Positions 59,624 to 64,000 of a stretch of DNA of 64,000 bases are shown here, one piece after another. Below the pieces are notes generated by a model. The model did no database searches and was not told where the DNA came from. It worked only from the letters and a program-made list of their open reading frames with translations. Origin of the DNA: Vitrella brassicaformis CCMP3155 (taxonomy: Eukaryota; Protista; Chromerida); contig CDMY01000332.1 in NCBI GenBank assembly GCA_001179505.1, positions 1 to 64,000 on the forward strand. Reading direction: 5' to 3'. Numbering within the stretch: the stretch's first letter is position 1; each line of letters starts with the position of its first letter. The position numbers and the translations under genes were made by a program.

Positions 59624-62600
59624 ATGGATCCCGCTTCGCCTGATGCTGAGGCCGCCACGACACAATGCTCAGACTATGAGCACTTCCTCACTCAGTACGT
59701 GAGCACACCCGACTGCTGCACACAGAGAATAGCGGGTTAGAAGCCACGGAGAGCTTTTCTGCCTTGTTCTGTCGCTTCCTTTACTGCAGGAGCCCAAATC
59801 AGCCCCTCTGGGAAGGCCCGGTAGGCTCGCTGCAGTGTCTGAGTTGCAAAGGCACCCTGAGATGTGGCAGGCAGGCCCAAGTCAATGTGTCTGTGTGTCT
59901 GTGTGGCTGCAGAAACCGGTCGCATCCTCCCAAGAGAGAGAGCCCATATCGCTGGTCGTCTACTCACAGCAGACCCACACCGACTCCAGCACAGAGTCGC
60001 CCGCCACCAACAGCCAAGGCGACGCCGAGCGGTCCTTCTCCACCCTCCTGCACACACAGACGGACGGTGGCGATGTCGATGACCAAGGCGTATCTGCCAG
60101 CAGCTGTGGTGGCACTGCGGGGGTCAGGAAGGGCGGGCGTCGGAGGAACAACGGCGGTGAGCGGGAGGGGTCCTATGTGGAGGGGTATGGATCGGAGGGC
60201 GACGGCAGCGAGTGGCGGGAAAAGGAGGGGGTCGTGGGGGCTGACCACCACCTGCAGCAGCAGCAGCTCCTGAGGGCGCGTGCTGCAGGTAGGGACGGAC
60301 GGACGTCGGCATCCATACAATTATGCCTGGGTGTGTGGTGGGTGCATATGGTATGGTGGTATCAGGGCGTGGTTTGGGCAGGGGCCTTTCTCGACAGGTA
60401 CGCCTACAGGCACACGAGAGAACCAGAGGACCACACGCACACATCACACGGATGGACGGCCTGCCTGCCTGCCTGCCACTCTGTGTGGGTGGGGGGTTAG
60501 GTCGGTCCCCCTCCGTTGTCGCGTCGCCCCTCGTCGACGAACGTGCCCCCCGCGATGCCTGGCGCCGCTGAGGTGCTCAAGGCTGGCCAGGGGACCAAGA
60601 TAATAGTAGACGCCCGCAAGCCTGTTTTCTCTCAAGGTGATATGTGGATCGACAGACACCAGCACGTCGTGTGCTGTGTCCATGTGTCCATGTGGCTGGT
60701 TGTGGCTGTGCAGACCACTTCCCGCCTCTCAACGCAGCGTTGAATCGGTCACCGACGAAAAAGTCAGCGACCGACGATGGGTGGGCCTTCGTGCCTTGCG
60801 AGAACCCTTCCCTCCCTCCCTCCGTCCTTTGGTCTTGTTGGTGTGCAGCTGTCCCGCTCGTGTGTCGTCTCCCGTCGGCGACGGCAAGTGCCCCCTGCCG
60901 CACGCCGCCCTGCCCCTTAACAAGCGCATGGCGCATCCTCATGGGGACGAGCAGCCCCCACCTGACTACGATGTGCGTGAACACCCGCGGGACTCGGACA
61001 GACAGACAGCCTCACTGACGGTTACGGCGAGTGGTTTTTTTCTGTGTGTGCGCGCGCATATAGGAGGTGGGCAGTGGGGGCAGCAGCACGCCCCGGCCAT
61101 CACTGGCCAAGGGCTCTGTGTGGGAACGGAGGAAGCACCACCACCAGAACCAATACCAACACCAGCATAACCAGCGGCGACAGGAGCAGCAGGCGCCACA
61201 GGGCGTGCAGGCGTTTCCCCGTCGGAGTGCGTTGGATCCCGTCTCGCCCACGCACAAGAGCGACCAAGGCGCCACAGACACGGCAGACGCATCAGCTCAC
61301 GAGTAACCCCGCACTCACACGCACACACACAGAGGGGGAGAGGCTTTGGTGGGTGGTGGTCTTGTTGTCTTCCGTCCACCTGTCGATCTGTCTGTCTGTC
61401 TGTCTGAGTGTGTGCAGGAGGCCCCCTCCATCCGGCGGCGAGCCACAGGCTGCCCCCGACCTGGAGAGGCTGCTCATCAACTTGGCCCACCCCTCCCGCC
61501 CCACCAGCGCCGCCCAATCCGAGATGACCACCTGCAGCCACTCCTCTCACGCCACCCGACACACCCCCGCCAGCACCACCACCAGCAGCGACAAACACAA
61601 CAACAGGCGCCATCCCGGTGACTCTGCCGACCCCTACGCATCGCAGTCGTCCACACCCATGTCTCGCTCGTCGGGGCGGGACGGCTCGCCAGCCGCTGGT
61701 GGCACTGGGACGTTCCGGCACCCCCGTGCAAACGGCAATGGCATTGTCGTCAATGGCTGGCCCCCTGGCAGTGTGAGCAGCAGCGACTGGACGGCTGGTG
61801 CGAGAGGCAGCCTGAGGAGGGGGCCATCACCAGCACCATCAGCATCAGCAGCAGTCAACGGTCATGGTGCCGATGGAAGTGGGTTAGAGTGGCGGACGCG
61901 GCAGCCCGACGAGGGCCCCACGGCCAGATGGGACATTCCTCCCCCCCGGGGCCGAGGAGGGCGCCGGCCGCCCTCCATGCACAGAGGAGGGAGTGGGGGT
62001 GCTTATGCTCCCTACCGGTACCCACGCCCCCGCCCGCCGCCTTATCAGTCGCTCGCGCACACGCACATCCCGGATCAGCCGCTGCGGCAGGAGTGGCGCC
62101 CCACTTCAAGCAAGGCGGCACAGCAAGAGGAGAATGGTGGTGGTCCTGACGGTGTGGGTGGTGGGGATGGTGAGAGCGTGAGTGCTCCGTGCACGCCGCG
62201 GGCTGGCCCACGGGGCGCTGGGCGGGATGGCCACCACGGGGGTGGGCGAGGCCACGGGTGTGCGCCGCCTGAGCCGAAGCCGATATCGTATTGGTATAGG
62301 GAGCAGCCCGTGGGGTCGCTGGCGCATTGTGGGGTGTTCCAGCACCTGAGTGCCGAGGTAGACCAGTTCGTCGCGTCGGTCGACCACCATATCAAAACAA
62401 AGGTAGACGGGGGGAGGTGCGCTGGACAAACACTCACACACACATGGATGGATGGATGTGTGTTGTGTGTGTCCGGTGTGGTGATATTTACTGTAGGAGG
62501 GGGCGCGGCGGGAGCAGATGCTTTGTGTGCTGAGGGCACTCATATTGGCCTTCTTCGAAGAGAACCGCAAAAAGTGAGAAGCTCACCGCAGGCACAGAAC

Positions 62601-64000
62601 CAAGCGAGCCACCGTGTGGCCCCCGTGTGTGTGTCCTCCATCCCTCCATTCTCTCTCCCAACGACCACCAGATATCGCAGGGCACAGGCGGACCAGCCGA
62701 TAGGTGTGGAGGTGTTCGGGTCGTACAGCACCAACCTGTTCCTGCCCACCTCCGACATCGACCTGGCCATCGTCAACGTGGAGCTGCCGGCCGCCGACCC
62801 CCACCCTCTGGCATATGACTTCACACAGGAGCTCCTCCTCAGCATCGCAGAGTGGATCGACGTACGACACACACACACACACACACATGGATGGATGGAT
62901 GTGTGTGTGTGTGTGGTGTGTGTGTTCAGCCGCGCTCGGCTCACAACGAGCGGGACCATCCCGAGCTGCATGAGTGGATCAGTGGGGTGCAGTTCATCCC
63001 AGCCAAGACCCCACTGCTGACGGTGAGGACCACCACGAGCGTCGAGGGCCACACTACGCAGATCGACATATCGGTGGTGACGGGAAAGCACCACGGCATA
63101 CAGACGGCCAAACTCGTCCAGGTCAGCTGACTTGAGCTGAGGAATCACGCAATTCATCTCTCTCTCTCTGTGTGTCTGTCTGTCTGTCTGTGTCTGTCAG
63201 CGATATTGCGAGGGGCTGCCGACTCTGCGGCCGCTGGTGTTGGTGCTGAAGCACCTGCTGAGCCAACGGGGGATGAACAAGCCGTTCGAGGGCGGCCTGT
63301 CGTCATACGCCCTCACTCTCATGGCAATCGCATTCCTGCAGACACCCCAGCTCTACAACAACGCCCACACAGACGTCGGTAAGTCAGTAACTCACTAAGG
63401 GCCACCTGACTGCTGACTGCTGCACTGCACTTGAACCAGCCATACCAACCATTTGCACACCAGACCACACCTTTGCTATGTGTGTGCTGTGCAGGCCAGC
63501 AGCTGTGCAGTCTGTGTGCCTTCTACGGCGGTGTGGCGGTGCCGTCCGGTGCGCATCTGCTGGTGCCCAAGCATATCAACGGCCTCGGCCAAATCGTTCC
63601 GGTCACTTTCTTCGACTACAAGTACAGAAGACCCTCCATCCATCCATCCATGCATCCATCCATCCATGTGTATCTGCATGCATGTGTGTGTGTGTGTCCC
63701 TCCCGTCAGTTTGCTGGGCATCAGTGTGCGGCCGCCCCACGAGCAGCAGCAGCAGCAGCAGGGCCAGCACCACGAGCGGCCGCCCGCCTTGTTCTCCCTG
63801 GTGCCGTTCAATGGGCCCCTGGACGGCTCGCGGCTGTGCGTCGAGGACCCCATGGACCGCACAAACAACGTCGGCAGAACCGCATTCAACATTTCTGAGA
63901 TACAGGTCAGTGAGTGAGTGCGGTGTGAGCGGATGGACGCAGGCCTGACGCCTGTGAGTGACCATGGCGTCGTCTGTGTGTGTGTGTGTGTGTGTGTGCA
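59624..64000 (+). CDS. TRF4: TRF4/TENT4-like non-canonical poly(A) polymerase with long disordered N-terminus; 3' end beyond the window, 5' exon structure uncertain
   Basis: VEVFGSYSTNLFLPTSDIDL, AKTPLL, QIDISV, LRPLVLVLKHLLSQRGMNKPFEGGLSSYAL and LCVEDPMDRTNNVGRTAFNI match the Pol-beta nucleotidyltransferase plus PAP-associated domain. Confidence 0.9.

Noticed and set aside
61044-63020. 658-aa uninterrupted ORF as a single exon
   Set aside because: It reads through obvious introns (CVCV, THTH tracts with GT-AG ends), so it is a chance read-through of the spliced TRF4-like gene.
1-64000. tRNA, rRNA, snRNA or retroelement genes
   Set aside because: No cloverleaf, rRNA-like segment, RT, integrase or transposase motif was recognised by eye. 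tRNAscan-SE and Infernal would be needed to exclude small RNAs formally.

Overview
Intron-rich, GC-rich eukaryotic genomic DNA with microsatellite-filled introns (GACA, CAGG, CATC, GT repeats) and several proteins with bipartite signal+transit peptides. This pattern most resembles a chromerid alveolate such as Vitrella brassicaformis (inference, not searched). About 20 protein-coding loci were reconstructed by hand from GT/GC-AG splice sites. They include CK2 alpha, a 3xCCCH+RING protein, V-ATPase c'', an N-terminally extended phosphate-carrier-like protein, DUF1997, CEP164-like, a double DUF1917 protein, LRRC56-like, a signal-peptide-bearing inositol 5-phosphatase-like enzyme, an LctP lactate permease, a short TPPP/p25-alpha, ABA4-like and a TRF4-like poly(A) polymerase. 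No tRNA, rRNA, CRISPR array or transposase was recognised. The most striking structure is an ~8.4 kb cassette (19.3-27.7 kb) bracketed by ~0.85 kb direct duplications. It holds a head-to-head pair: a secreted protein with a phage tailspike-type Peptidase S74 auto-cleaving chaperone domain, and a very large secreted protein of unknown family. Other highlights are an obligatory 4-nt micro-exon in TPPP and a 23-bp duplication that frameshifts a decaying paralog. Exon coordinates are manual and may be off by a few bases where noted.
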